IMG/VR virus record: IMGVR_UViG_3300046169_000069
Source of the DNA: a virus
DNA length: 64,000 bases
Reading direction: 5' to 3' (one strand)
Shown here piece by piece: positions 9,774 to 19,534 of this stretch (positions are counted from its first letter, which is position 1; each line of letters begins with the position of its first letter). The notes under the pieces were generated by a model, which worked only from the letters and a program-made list of their open reading frames with translations, was not told the DNA's origin and ran no database searches. The position numbers and the translations under genes were made by a program.

Positions 9774-10828
9774 GCAATCTCTACAGCCTGTGCTTCTACC
9801 ATCAATTCAGACACAACAGTTTTAATGCGGTCCTTATCTAATTCAGTTTCTACTTCTTGTATGTAATTATAGATTAAAGTTTCCGTGTCGTCAACCCTTA
9901 AATCCTCATCTGAGACATTTTCACCACGAAACTCACGGAAGTCTTCAGCAATCTTCAGTTCGTGGACCTTTTGTTGTTGGATACGTTCAACATATCTCTC
10001 AAACTTTTGGATGTCGGAACGGTTACTAACTATAAGTTTAACAAATTTGCCGTCAAGATACGATAGATCCTCAAAATACTTAACGGTGTCTTCGTCATAA
10101 TAAATCTTATGGAAGATAGTGACATCATTTTGAACAGCCGTAAGTTCACGAGTCTCTGTGTCATAGATATGAAAGTACTTAGGGTCGTGTGCATCGTTCC
10201 AGAAAAACTCCATCTGTGCGCCAAGGTAGTGGATGTTACCTTTACTTGACTTAGTGTGGAAGTGTCCAGACAGAACAGTCTCAAACTTTTGTAGTGGCTT
10301 AGGGTCCATGCCCTCTTTACAGACTAGACCCTTATCCATCTCAAATCCAGCCAACTCAAAGTGACCGCCGATAACATCCGCACCACAGTTGTCTAAGAAT
10401 GTCAAGATCTCTTTCTCATTTTCAGGACAGATCCAAGGGACAAGACCAAACTTTACACCTTCGTACTCACGAACGATCGGGTCCATAAGAATGTCAACCT
10501 CGTTCATGTAGTGACCCATCAACTCTTTGAGAGAGTTTAGTCCGTTGGTGTTCTTGTAATAAACATCGTGGTTGCCGGGAATGATATCCATATGGATATT
10601 ATATTCTCTCAGTCTGTCTAAGAAAATTCTACGGTTATGGCTGAGCGCCTTGAGATTGACTGTTTTACGATTGTCGTAGTAGTCACCAAGGTGCAATATC
10701 TGTGTGATGTTGTTTTCCAACAAGTATGGAAAGAACACCTCACCGTAGAAGCGTTCTTGGTACTGCATAAAGATGTCAGACGAATTACGACACCCGCAGT
10801 GGGTGTCATTTAGAATTGCGATTTTCAT
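9770..10828 (-). CDS. gp47: Recombination nuclease (Mre11/SbcD-like)
   Basis: DTH, LGDYYD, GNHD and SGHFH metallophosphoesterase motifs. Confidence 0.96.
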   Translation of the reverse strand: MKIAILNDTHCGCRNSSDIFMQYQERFYGEVFFPYLLENNITQILHLGDYYDNRKTVNLKALSHNRRIFLDRLREYNIHMDIIPGNHDVYYKNTNGLNSLKELMGHYMNEVDILMDPIVREYEGVKFGLVPWICPENEKEILTFLDNCGADVIGGHFELAGFEMDKGLVCKEGMDPKPLQKFETVLSGHFHTKSSKGNIHYLGAQMEFFWNDAHDPKYFHIYDTETRELTAVQNDVTIFHKIYYDEDTVKYFEDLSYLDGKFVKLIVSNRSDIQKFERYVERIQQQKVHELKIAEDFREFRGENVSDEDLRVDDTETLIYNYIQEVETELDKDRIKTVVSELMVEAQAVEIA

Positions 10829-10857
10829 AAGGACTCAACTCAACTTATATGGAGATC

Positions 10858-10886
10858 ATTATACTACAAATAAGGGGGTGTGTCAA
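10858..10886 (-). promoter_or_regulatory. sigma70-type promoter for gp47
   Basis: Perfect TTGACA, 17 nt, TATAAT. Confidence 0.8.
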
Positions 10887-10887
10887 G

Positions 10888-11487
10888 TTAATCTTCTATC
10901 CAATCTGATAAATCCGAATCGACATTTACTGCTCGTCGTTTGCGTTTCTTCTCTTCTTTTACATACTCTTTGAATTCATGATCAGAAGATTTGACAGCGT
11001 CAATTCTCATACGGAGAGAATCAATGAAGGGGGATGCTTGTTGAGATGTGTATCCATCTTCCTCAAGTGATTCTGCCAAGAAGTCCATAACGTCGGCTTC
11101 GGCAATAAACTTAAGTTTGATGTTCTGTTGTTTTTTCTCTTTCTCAATCCTGCGAAGAAAGGCAAACCAAGATATCTGAGTGAAGTATGCGAACGCATTT
11201 GGTTTGCCACTACGAGTTGCGGCTTCTATATTATAATTCTCAATCGCTTTGAGCATATTCTCAACAGCGTCCATAACCATCTCTTCACGGTAAGTGTACC
11301 GAACAAAATTTCCTTTGTGAGACAGACCCTCGGCGATCTTAAGAAAGCAAGATGCGATATAATCCGTAACAACCGGAACAGGTTGTTCATTTGATTTAGC
11401 TTCTCTCTAGCTTTCAGTGCAGTACTCCACCACAGCGTTTGAGAAGTCTCTATTACTTACGTAATGTGGTTTTTCTTTTGGTTTCAT
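10888..11487 (-). CDS. gp55: Late-transcription sigma factor (in-frame TAG at 11407-11409, probably sequencing error)
   Basis: HYVSN.DF...YIA.CF.KIAEGLSH..NFVRYTYREEMVMDAVEN...NAFAYFTQI...AFLRRI.KEKKQ. Confidence 0.93.
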
Positions 11488-11515
11488 AATATACAACTCG
11501 ATTAATTAAGATGAC

Positions 11516-11544
11516 ATTATACTATAATTTACAGTGTTTGTCAA
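11516..11544 (-). promoter_or_regulatory. sigma70-type promoter for gp55
   Basis: Perfect TTGACA, 17 nt, TATAAT. Confidence 0.8.
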
Positions 11545-11549
11545 TGCGC

Positions 11550-11578
11550 TTGACAGATCGCGTTTTATAGTGTATAAT
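11550..11578 (+). promoter_or_regulatory. Divergent sigma70-type promoter with no sense gene downstream
   Basis: Perfect TTGACA, 17 nt, TATAAT on the plus strand. Confidence 0.65.
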
Positions 11579-11606
11579 ATCTCTGTTGCCAAGGGAGGAT
11601 AATATA

Positions 11607-12035
11607 CTAATTAATTGTCATCCCACTAATGTCGGAATCAATGTCTCCATCATTCAATTTAATATTCATCTCATCAAGAAAGTCGTCTAGAGAAAGTGAA
11701 TCATTGAAGTCATCTTCCAGTTGTTGACTCTCATCTTCTTCAAGATATTCAGCCATTTCTTTCAGTGCATTACTATACTGAGTTGTCATCTCCTCAGTCG
11801 GAACAGCAATAGACATTACCTTGTCAGTAAATACCATGATTATATTCATCGGTGAGTCTTGATAAACCATGTATGTTTTAAAAGCAAAAAACTTAGTACC
11901 ATCATTCATTGTTTTAGCTGTAAGACTCAATGCATTTCGCACAATAAAAGAGTCTTTCATTTCGCTAACTAACTCACAAATAAGTTCCTCACCCGTTACT
12001 AATTTCAAATGTTTAATCGAAGAGGTTGTCTCCAT
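11607..12035 (-). CDS. Hypothetical protein between uvsW and gp55 (Sm-like N-terminus, acidic tail)
   Basis: IKHLKLVTGEELICEL N-terminal motif. Confidence 0.75.
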   Translation of the reverse strand: METTSSIKHLKLVTGEELICELVSEMKDSFIVRNALSLTAKTMNDGTKFFAFKTYMVYQDSPMNIIMVFTDKVMSIAVPTEEMTTQYSNALKEMAEYLEEDESQQLEDDFNDSLSLDDFLDEMNIKLNDGDIDSDISGMTIN

Positions 12036-13543
12036 ATTCTTCTACTCTTATGGGTTTAAGGTTAATAGGATAGATCTTATAATCAAATCCTTCTTTAGTA
12101 TATATCTTGATTCTTTCAGCGCTATGCTTCAGGGTAAAATTCTTATGAGATTTGACATGGAGATCATCAGCGATATCAATAAGCCTAGTACTCCTACCGT
12201 CGTCAGACTGACGAAGGCCACGACCAATTGATTGGAGAACTTTAACTTGAGATTTGGATGGTGTCGCAAATACAATATTATGAAGGTTGCGGATGTTGAT
12301 GCCAGTGCTGAAAGTGCCAAGAGAAGCGACAATAATAGCGTCATTTTCTTTTTCTACGATCCCTCGTATTTGTTCACGATCAGTAGCGTCTACTTCACCA
12401 GACACGTAAAATACTTTGCGGTCTTCAGCAGCTAACTTCCTGATCATATCGTATAATACCTTTCCGTGTTTCTCTACAAACTGAAACATCACTAAGGTAT
12501 TCCCCGTTTGATCCAACGCAACTTTGCTAATAAACTTATTGCGTGGTTCATATGTGACAATGTAATCAAGTTCTTCTTGATAACTTTTGTCCTTCATCAT
12601 GTGACAGATATCGTTGTGGTATCTTAACAACAAGATGGAGATGTCCAACTCTGCCAGTTCCTTTTGACTTTTGCAGTTCCACCGTGCGGGTAACAGTGAG
12701 TGTTGGGCCAAACAGTCCTTCTAAGACCAGTTTGTTTGTTTCGGTACCGTCAAGGGTACCAGTAAGACCAAATCTGTATTTGGCATTAATGCACTTGTCC
12801 ATCATGGTAGTGAGAGACTTTGCTTTGAATAGATGCACCTCATCGCCAAAGACAGTTCCGAATTGTTCGAACCACTCTTTGCCGAACTTATAGATAGATT
12901 GCCATGTTGAGATGATAATGCGTTTGTCGGTATTCTTTTCTTTACCTGAGTAGATACGATGACAGAATTCATCTACATCATATCCGTAATCTGAGAAGTC
13001 CTTGTACATTTGTTCTACAAGTGATGTGGTAGGAACGACTACCAGAATTTTTTCATCAGTGACCTCAAAACAGTACCGAAGAAGATTATATATGATAAAT
13101 GACTTGCCGCTACCAGTAGGACTAAGTAAAATACAGCGTCGGTGCTCAACGCCGTGTGAAATAGCTTTGTACTGATAGTCTCTAGGCTTGAATGGTGCAT
13201 CAAGAACAGATAAAAACTCAACCAAAGCAGGGTGATCGATGTCTTCTCTAAACGACGGAATTCCATACGTTTCATGTTCAAGTATCTCTAACTGGTAAAA
13301 TCTGTCCGCACAAAAACGGCGCAGATGTTGGTACAATCCTACATTCATTTGTTTCGACACTATGTTGTAGAGTTTAACCCTACCGTCCCAGTGCCGAGAT
13401 TTATATGCTGGCATATATTTATAGCCAGGCACGAAGAAAGAGAAATACTCCCTCAATTCGTTTTCTTGTGCCGGATGAGCCTCCACCATAAAGTGTGAAT
13501 GGTCTTTCATCCGAATTCGTATTTTATTATCCACCAGATTCAA
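12013..13543 (-). CDS. uvsW: SF2 DNA helicase UvsW (frameshift near 12660)
   Basis: PRDYQ, SPTGSGKS, DEVH, GLTGT, FSTGINI, QSIGRGLR over two ORF pieces. Confidence 0.95.
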
Positions 13544-13973
13544 ACTTTCTATAGTCGATCATGTTCTTGATCGTAGAATGTCTCCACTTCAAAACATTTA
13601 ATATATCCGTTAAAGTATCTATCTGTATCTTTAACATAGATATTCTCTCTACTGACTTCTGTATCTCTGGATCAGCGTCATAGTAGTAGTCCATTTCCCC
13701 CTTCAGAATTTTAAGACCATTGAATGGATCTGGTTCCCAGCCCTTATCCATGATCTCTTTCTGATCCATTTTACCATTATAGTATAACCACTTTTGTTTT
13801 AATAGTGTCTTCTGTGAAGTCTCTGCTCGTTGCAGTGACAACTTACTAATGGTAAGGTACTCTAGATATTTTGCATGTAAGTTGGGCGTTCTCCTTGATG
13901 TCTCATCTAACTGGTGGATTGGAATGTGAGAATCTTCTTCCCACTCTTTTAAAATACCTTCAATATTAATCAT
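13527..13973 (-). CDS. uvsY: Recombination mediator UvsY
   Basis: LHAKYL...KWLYYNGK...YYDADPE...IKNMIDYRKFESG; adjacent to uvsW. Confidence 0.9.
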   Translation of the reverse strand: MINIEGILKEWEEDSHIPIHQLDETSRRTPNLHAKYLEYLTISKLSLQRAETSQKTLLKQKWLYYNGKMDQKEIMDKGWEPDPFNGLKILKGEMDYYYDADPEIQKSVERISMLKIQIDTLTDILNVLKWRHSTIKNMIDYRKFESGG

Positions 13974-14006
13974 GTAAAAACTCTTGCGGATAAAACGTAT
14001 AGTATA

Positions 14007-14654
14007 TCACGTATTGGTGATGTAGTCAATACAATCTTTCCAATAATCTTCATTGTGACCTAAGACGTAGCTCAATGTCATACGGTAACAGTTGGTTCTC
14101 GCGGCGTGATACACCACTTGATCTGATCCGTACTCACCAAAATATCCTGCCTTTAGTTGCCACCCCCGTTCATCCGGAATCGTAATAACCGCTTGCGTTT
14201 CTGGATCGACATATTTGAACCATCCGTCTCCTTCTTCTGACCAAGTAAAAATCAGATTGAAGGCAGACGCATTCGCGTTATTGTGCCACCCAATAAACCC
14301 GTTCGGCGGATATAGAGTAGATAACGCACTTGTTTCCAAACCAAGTTCTGTCTTCATTTTACCGTCAAGATGGGACCATGTCTTTGCATACTCTTCAGGA
14401 TGCGTCCCACGATAAAACTCAACCTTGATAGGATGACACACAGAGTTCTCTGCCGCACCCAGATGTCGTTCTCCCATATTCATTATACGACGCATTTCAT
14501 TTTCGCCTGTATAATGATCAGCCATCCCTGCTTGATCTGATCTCAGTACAAGATTGGTCTTTTCTGGTTGGTAGAGTTCACGATAAGTGTACCGAAACTC
14601 TTCTAACAGATCAAGAACATTCCTATTCTTGATCTCGTATTTTGAAAGGGTCAT
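14007..14654 (-). CDS. Double-stranded beta-helix (2OG-Fe oxygenase-like) protein, paralog of 50307-51011
   Basis: YPPNGFIGWHNN...YHAA.T..R.T.SY. Confidence 0.6.
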   Translation of the reverse strand: MTLSKYEIKNRNVLDLLEEFRYTYRELYQPEKTNLVLRSDQAGMADHYTGENEMRRIMNMGERHLGAAENSVCHPIKVEFYRGTHPEEYAKTWSHLDGKMKTELGLETSALSTLYPPNGFIGWHNNANASAFNLIFTWSEEGDGWFKYVDPETQAVITIPDERGWQLKAGYFGEYGSDQVVYHAARTNCYRMTLSYVLGHNEDYWKDCIDYITNT

Positions 14655-14668
14655 TTAGTCGTTGTCAC

Positions 14669-15137
14669 TTAAACTAATTCAAATTCTGTAAATCTAAATG
14701 TCACATCAAAGGATATGTATGTCACATCGCCTTGAGTCGACGTAAACTCAATAGAGCCCCAACTGTGTTGGTATAGCGTTCTTATATCGAATCTTGCCAC
14801 ACGAGTTGTTATGACTATTGAGAATGATAACGGTCACATCATGATTCACGGTCTCGCCTTTGTTATAGACACATTGTTCTAACCAAGTCTGCATTTCTTT
14901 ATATGCAGAAAGATCTTCGTCAAGAATTAGTGTTAAGGACAAATCGCCGTAATTGATAGTATCTCCAGAAACCGGAAACCCTTGAATTCTAGGTATACCA
15001 ATTTCTACAGCATTGACTGTAGAGCCGGGATGTGTAACAGACTGTGAAAAGAACTCAAGGTTTGCATACTGCTCTCGTTCTATTACAATACGAAATCCTG
15101 ACGGCTGCAAAAAGTTCTTGTTGTTAGTTAAACTCAT
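14669..15137 (-). CDS. gp3: Tail completion / tube terminator protein (frameshift near 14757)
   Basis: NFLQP.GF...FFSQSVTHPG...L.LILDEDL..Y.E...W; other frame continues LGSIEF...FDVTFRFTEFELV; T4 synteny. Confidence 0.85.
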
Positions 15138-15158
15138 AATAAGTCCTCGTTATCACTT

Positions 15159-15166
15159 TATTTATA
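15159..15166 (-). promoter_or_regulatory. T4-type late promoter
   Basis: TATAAATA upstream of gp3. Confidence 0.8.
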
Positions 15167-15171
15167 CGCAT

Positions 15172-15197
15172 AAAAAAAGGGAGTCCGAAGACTCCCC
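15172..15197 (-). terminator. Intrinsic terminator after gp23
   Basis: GGGAGTC-TTCG-GACTCCC followed by T7. Confidence 0.92.
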
Positions 15198-15225
15198 AAA
15201 ATGACTAGTAGACTAGTTCTTTTTA

Positions 15226-16590
15226 TTAAACACCTGCGCGATCAAGAATATTGTCGACGCGGAAGATGCGGTAGTATGTGTTCTGACCATTCGTTGCAGT
15301 GATGTCACGTGAAGATCCATCTAGTGCACCGATGAATGGGTTCGCAGCCATACCATAACGAGTCTTAAACCCGATACGTGGTTGGAAATCATCCTCGCCA
15401 ACTGCCTTGACCATCTGTAGTGGTACGTATGGGCAGTAGAACATACCTGCGTCATATGGGTTAGTACCCTTATAACCTACTGTACAGTAGTTGATTTCTG
15501 CGTATGGATCGATGAATACGCGCATACGACCATTTAGAGTACCAGCGAATGTGTTACCAGTATCATCTACTGATAGACCAGCGCCTGGAGTGTAATCTAG
15601 TTGACCAGATGCTGCAAGTGCAGTCGCAACGTCAGATGAACATACGATGATGTTACCCTTACCGCGACGTGTAGCCTTCGCGATCTGGTTCGCTTCGCGT
15701 TCAATCTGCATTGCTAGACCCTTGAACTTCTCCGCAGACCAACGACCATCAGCGTCTGTCGATAGATCGAAGATGCCTGGGTTAGTAACATTTGAAGACT
15801 CGCCTAGACCTAGTTTAGCCTGAGAGTTGATTGTACGAACGATTTCGCGGTTGATTTCAGCAAGAATCTCTGTAGACAGAATGTTTGCTAGTTCTGTCTC
15901 TGCGTCTAGACCGTGGATTGCCTTTAGGTCTTGCGCTAGTTCTAGTGAGTACTCAGCCTTTAGTGCACGTGACTTTGCAGTGACGGCTGTCTTCTCGATT
16001 GAGAAGCCCATCTCTTGGAAAGCGCCTGTATCGCGACCTAGACCTTCTGCCGCAGCAGTTGACATTGGACGACCTACTGCATCAACAACAGTGAAAGTAT
16101 CTGAGTCTCCACCGAAACCAGAACCTTGTGTAGTTGGTGCAGTGTTAGGGGGAGTAAATCCGCTTGAGTATGCTGGGTCAGCGGCTGGATCACCACCAGA
16201 GAATCCAGTACTTGGCTCGTTTAGACCCAATGCTTCTGGTCCGCCCATATTGTTGTAACGTGACTTCATCGCGAAGATTAGACCAGTTGGGCCAGACATT
16301 GGCTGGACACCACATAGGTCATATGCCATTAGGTTTGGCATTGCGCGACGTACTAGTGAGATTAGGATTGGATCCCAGTTAGCAACGCCTGCATTACCGA
16401 CGCTGTTAGTTGGACCAGTTTCTGTTAGAAAACCACCCATTGCAGCACGCTCTTCTGAAAGTGCCTTCTCTTGGTTTTCTAGGATAGCAGCTGTAACTGC
16501 CTTACGGTGATGATCGGTGATTTGACCAGCAGACTCTTCATTAAGTACTGGCGCCCACTTCTCAATCAATTGATCGAATGAATTGTTCAT
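15226..16590 (-). CDS. gp23: Major capsid protein
   Basis: LISLVRRAMPNL.AYD.CGVQPM.GPTGLIFA, KSRALKAEYS.ELAQDLKAIHGLDAE, FYCPYVPL, FQPRIGFKTRYG. Confidence 0.98.
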   Translation of the reverse strand: MNNSFDQLIEKWAPVLNEESAGQITDHHRKAVTAAILENQEKALSEERAAMGGFLTETGPTNSVGNAGVANWDPILISLVRRAMPNLMAYDLCGVQPMSGPTGLIFAMKSRYNNMGGPEALGLNEPSTGFSGGDPAADPAYSSGFTPPNTAPTTQGSGFGGDSDTFTVVDAVGRPMSTAAAEGLGRDTGAFQEMGFSIEKTAVTAKSRALKAEYSLELAQDLKAIHGLDAETELANILSTEILAEINREIVRTINSQAKLGLGESSNVTNPGIFDLSTDADGRWSAEKFKGLAMQIEREANQIAKATRRGKGNIIVCSSDVATALAASGQLDYTPGAGLSVDDTGNTFAGTLNGRMRVFIDPYAEINYCTVGYKGTNPYDAGMFYCPYVPLQMVKAVGEDDFQPRIGFKTRYGMAANPFIGALDGSSRDITATNGQNTYYRIFRVDNILDRAGV

Positions 16591-16601
16591 TGTTAGATTC
16601 C

Positions 16602-17639
16602 TTATTTCTTAGAGGTTTTACGTAGAGCGCTCAAGTATCCTTCCATAGATTGTGATACTTCTACTTCTTCTTCAGCTTCTTCTGAAACTGACTCTTCAAG
16701 TTGCTCTGGAATTTCTTTTGAGAAGTATGATTCTTTAACTGTATTCACTTTAGTAACGAATGTTTCTTCGTTCTCAAAATCAACACTGTTTAGAAGATCT
16801 GCTAACTTCTCCGCTTGTGTGTCTGCCAAATCACGAGATGCTTCAGCGATAATCGCTTCACGCTTATAATTTTCTAGTTCTTCAGCAAGTGAAATTGCAT
16901 CACCAGTAGTTGAGTTTAGACGTTCTTCTAAATCTTCTACTTGTCCTGCAAGTTCATCAACTAGGTCTACCTTAGACTCTGGAACTTCAACGTAAGACTC
17001 TACGAATAGATCACGCATTCCGTTCATGAACCCTTCAGCGATTTCAGTACGTAGACCGCTCTGAATTGCCAACTTGTTCTCTTCCATCCAAGATTCAACC
17101 ACGTAGTTTAGGTATGAATCAACTTTACCGACTAGGTCGGTTTTGATTGTTTCGACTTCTTCAGCAAGCTCTTCAGCATACTGCTCTTCTAGTCGAGTTA
17201 CTTCTTCAGAAAGCTTAGACTTAACTGCAGACTCAAAGATGATTGCGGTCTTTTCCTTGAACTCTTCTGATAGAGTTGCTTCACCATCAACAATTGCAGA
17301 TAGTTCTGCAGATGTGTCAGCGTCTTCAACGTCATCCAGTAGTTCAACAGACTCTGCAAACAACTTGTTGTATGCATTTGTTAGGTCTTCTTTTTTCATT
17401 TTAGAAGTAGCCTTATACATGGCGTTAACCATGCCTGCCTTTGTTTTAGGCGGAGCAGTCTTTGAAGTTGCCTTTTTAGCTTTATCTACAGAGGCGATTG
17501 ACTCAGGTTCATCAATAGGTTGATCTTCCTTTGCCTTGCCTTTAGTTGTAGGAGCTTTTGCTTCTTCGAGAGTTTCCTCCACGATTTCGTTTGTTTCAAC
17601 ATCTAGATCGCGGATTTCACCTTGATTTAAATCAGTCAT
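16602..17639 (-). CDS. gp22: Prohead core scaffold protein
   Basis: LSEEFK.K...IFE.AV, KVDSYLNYVVE.W..EN; synteny. Confidence 0.93.
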   Translation of the reverse strand: MTDLNQGEIRDLDVETNEIVEETLEEAKAPTTKGKAKEDQPIDEPESIASVDKAKKATSKTAPPKTKAGMVNAMYKATSKMKKEDLTNAYNKLFAESVELLDDVEDADTSAELSAIVDGEATLSEEFKEKTAIIFESAVKSKLSEEVTRLEEQYAEELAEEVETIKTDLVGKVDSYLNYVVESWMEENKLAIQSGLRTEIAEGFMNGMRDLFVESYVEVPESKVDLVDELAGQVEDLEERLNSTTGDAISLAEELENYKREAIIAEASRDLADTQAEKLADLLNSVDFENEETFVTKVNTVKESYFSKEIPEQLEESVSEEAEEEVEVSQSMEGYLSALRKTSKK

Positions 17640-17648
17640 AGTGACTCC

Positions 17649-18308
17649 TTATAGTTTAGATTTGATTAACGAGAGGAAATTCTTGAACTCACGCATTTGC
17701 ACTTCAGGTTGATGTGCAATTGGTGCTTGCTTAATTTCAGTCTCTATATCTTCAATGACTTGAGGTTGAAGTACTCCATTATTCCAGACCCAGTCTACAC
17801 CTTCCATAATCCCATTAACAAATGCTTCTGGTGCGCTTGGATCTTGTACGATATCTACCGTATTAAGAATAAAGTCTTCTTTGACGTACATTGCGCCATT
17901 TTTTCTCTCAAGACTTCCCATTCCACGAGTTGACACGCCTAGTTGTACACCACCTTCTAAGAGACCTTTCACAATCTTGCCCATTGGGGTGTCCAATATT
18001 TGTGCCTTTCCAACCACATCATTACCTTCCAATTTTAGGTCTGTGATGAGGTGAGAAACTTTATCAAGGTTAACGGTTGGGCCCTCTGGATGATTCAGTT
18101 CACCCACGGCGCGTTTTTTGTTAACCTGTTCTTCAACGTACTTGTTTACAGCAGATTCCATAATCTGTTTTGGGTAAACACGTCCGTTACGATTCTTTTG
18201 TTCTGCCTGTGCAAATACACCTTCAATAACAAAATTCTTGCCGCCATCTTCTTTGGCTTCAACGATGCATTGTATATCGTTTTCTACGTATTCGCTAATC
18301 AGTTTCAT
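17649..18308 (-). CDS. gp21: Prohead protease
   Basis: NRNGRVYP, GELNHP, GVSTRGMGS, DIVQDPSAP. Confidence 0.96.
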   Translation of the reverse strand: MKLISEYVENDIQCIVEAKEDGGKNFVIEGVFAQAEQKNRNGRVYPKQIMESAVNKYVEEQVNKKRAVGELNHPEGPTVNLDKVSHLITDLKLEGNDVVGKAQILDTPMGKIVKGLLEGGVQLGVSTRGMGSLERKNGAMYVKEDFILNTVDIVQDPSAPEAFVNGIMEGVDWVWNNGVLQPQVIEDIETEIKQAPIAHQPEVQMREFKNFLSLIKSKL

Positions 18309-18309
18309 T

Positions 18310-18507
18310 TTATTTTCCTAAGTCTTTAAGGACTTGTTTCGCGGTTGACTCCGCTTCTTTTTGTGACTTAAATGTGTCAACAGAATCTCCATCGATTGAT
18401 AGATGAAAACCCTTTGCAGTTTTAGTGATGACTACCGGATAACCAGACATCTTTTTCTTCAAGACGACCTTATCTTTCGCCTCACGTAATTCTTGAAAAG
18501 TTTTCAC
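18310..18507 (-). CDS. Small prohead core protein (gp68-like position)
   Basis: MKTFQELRE N-terminus; lies just before gp21, downstream of a late promoter. Confidence 0.6.
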   Translation of the reverse strand: MKTFQELREAKDKVVLKKKMSGYPVVITKTAKGFHLSIDGDSVDTFKSQKEAESTAKQVLKDLGK

Positions 18508-18527
18508 ATTAAGTCTCCTTTAGAATG

Positions 18528-18535
18528 TATTTATA
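18528..18535 (-). promoter_or_regulatory. T4-type late promoter
   Basis: TATAAATA. Confidence 0.8.
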
Positions 18536-18564
18536 CAAAAAAGTTTTTTAAATGTAACTTTTTG

Positions 18565-19200
18565 TTATTTACGATAAAGATGCTTCGTACTACCGAACAT
18601 TTGATCAGCATAAACTGGATCTGGGCCATCATAATAGACATGTTTCTTTTTAAAATGTCTCGGTATCAAATAGTGTGACGGCCATATTACCAGTTTGTGT
18701 TTCTCTTTATCTGGTACAAATTGTGACAACCATTCATTACCCGTAGACTTATACGGTTTAGGGTCCAAGTCTTCCGGTCTTAATTTGTGCAGTTCGTCAA
18801 TCAACATTCGCACAAATGTGTTCTCTGGGTTACACGCCTGTATCGGTGAGATAAAGTTAGGCACAATAGTCTCACTCTCAAATACAGTGTATGCATGATC
18901 CGCAGGCGCAGTGAATAGTTCATCCGTATTACGTAAACAAACTGCATCAGCTGGCGGTAAAAACCCACCTTGTTCATACAGTAGTTCATATCGGATTAAA
19001 TCCGCAACACCTGCGTACGCCCCCTGATTATAATACTTTGCGATTAGATGTTGATTGTGCCATTGTCTGGCTCGTAACATCTCATCTGTAAAAATATAAT
19101 AGTCCCAGTCGGGGTGTTTTTCTTTCCATGTATCCATCCACTGCAATGGTGGACTTAAATGCCCTATCCATATGTGACACATGTTTTTAACTATATTCAC
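18565..19200 (-). CDS. GT32-like (DXD sugar-binding) glycosyltransferase
   Basis: HIWIG...W...HPDWDY...ADLIRYELLYEQGG...ADA; the DxD is degenerate (PADA). Confidence 0.75.
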   Translation of the reverse strand: MNIVKNMCHIWIGHLSPPLQWMDTWKEKHPDWDYYIFTDEMLRARQWHNQHLIAKYYNQGAYAGVADLIRYELLYEQGGFLPPADAVCLRNTDELFTAPADHAYTVFESETIVPNFISPIQACNPENTFVRMLIDELHKLRPEDLDPKPYKSTGNEWLSQFVPDKEKHKLVIWPSHYLIPRHFKKKHVYYDGPDPVYADQMFGSTKHLYRK

Positions 19201-19532
19201 GACTCTTCGGTTTCTTCCAATTCAGAATCTGTAGAACCAAAGTCTTCAGCTTCTTCGCCGTATTCGACTTCCGAAGTATCGTCGACCTCAACTTCGTCGT
19301 CTAGATCCATCTCTTCCGGTTCAACGCCATTAAAGATCTGATCAGCGACCGCAACTTTCTCAGCGTCTAAAGCATCTTGGACTTTATTGCCCAAAATGTC
19401 ATTAAATAGAGTTTCAGCTCCATTGAAGTTGCCGTTCTGAAGTGCATCAACAAAACTTAGAGTAGGATCAACTTCTACCTCAGTCTCTGCCACTTCTAGT
19501 TCTAAATCTAATTCTGTATCTAATTCATTCAT
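19197..19532 (-). CDS. Acidic prohead core protein (gp67-like)
   Basis: F.DAL..G....A...F...L..KV.DALD..K..VA; follows the portal gene. Confidence 0.7.
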   Translation of the reverse strand: MNELDTELDLELEVAETEVEVDPTLSFVDALQNGNFNGAETLFNDILGNKVQDALDAEKVAVADQIFNGVEPEEMDLDDEVEVDDTSEVEYGEEAEDFGSTDSELEETEES

Positions 19533-19534
19533 GG

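Noticed and set aside
11407-11409. Amber read-through or TAG recoding in gp55 (in-frame TAG)
   Set aside because: GAAAGCTAGAGAGAA reduces to GAA GCT AGA GAA (EARE) by removing one A and one GA, which are two compensating slips. TAG also serves as the normal stop of hsp20, and no suppressor tRNA is present in the window.
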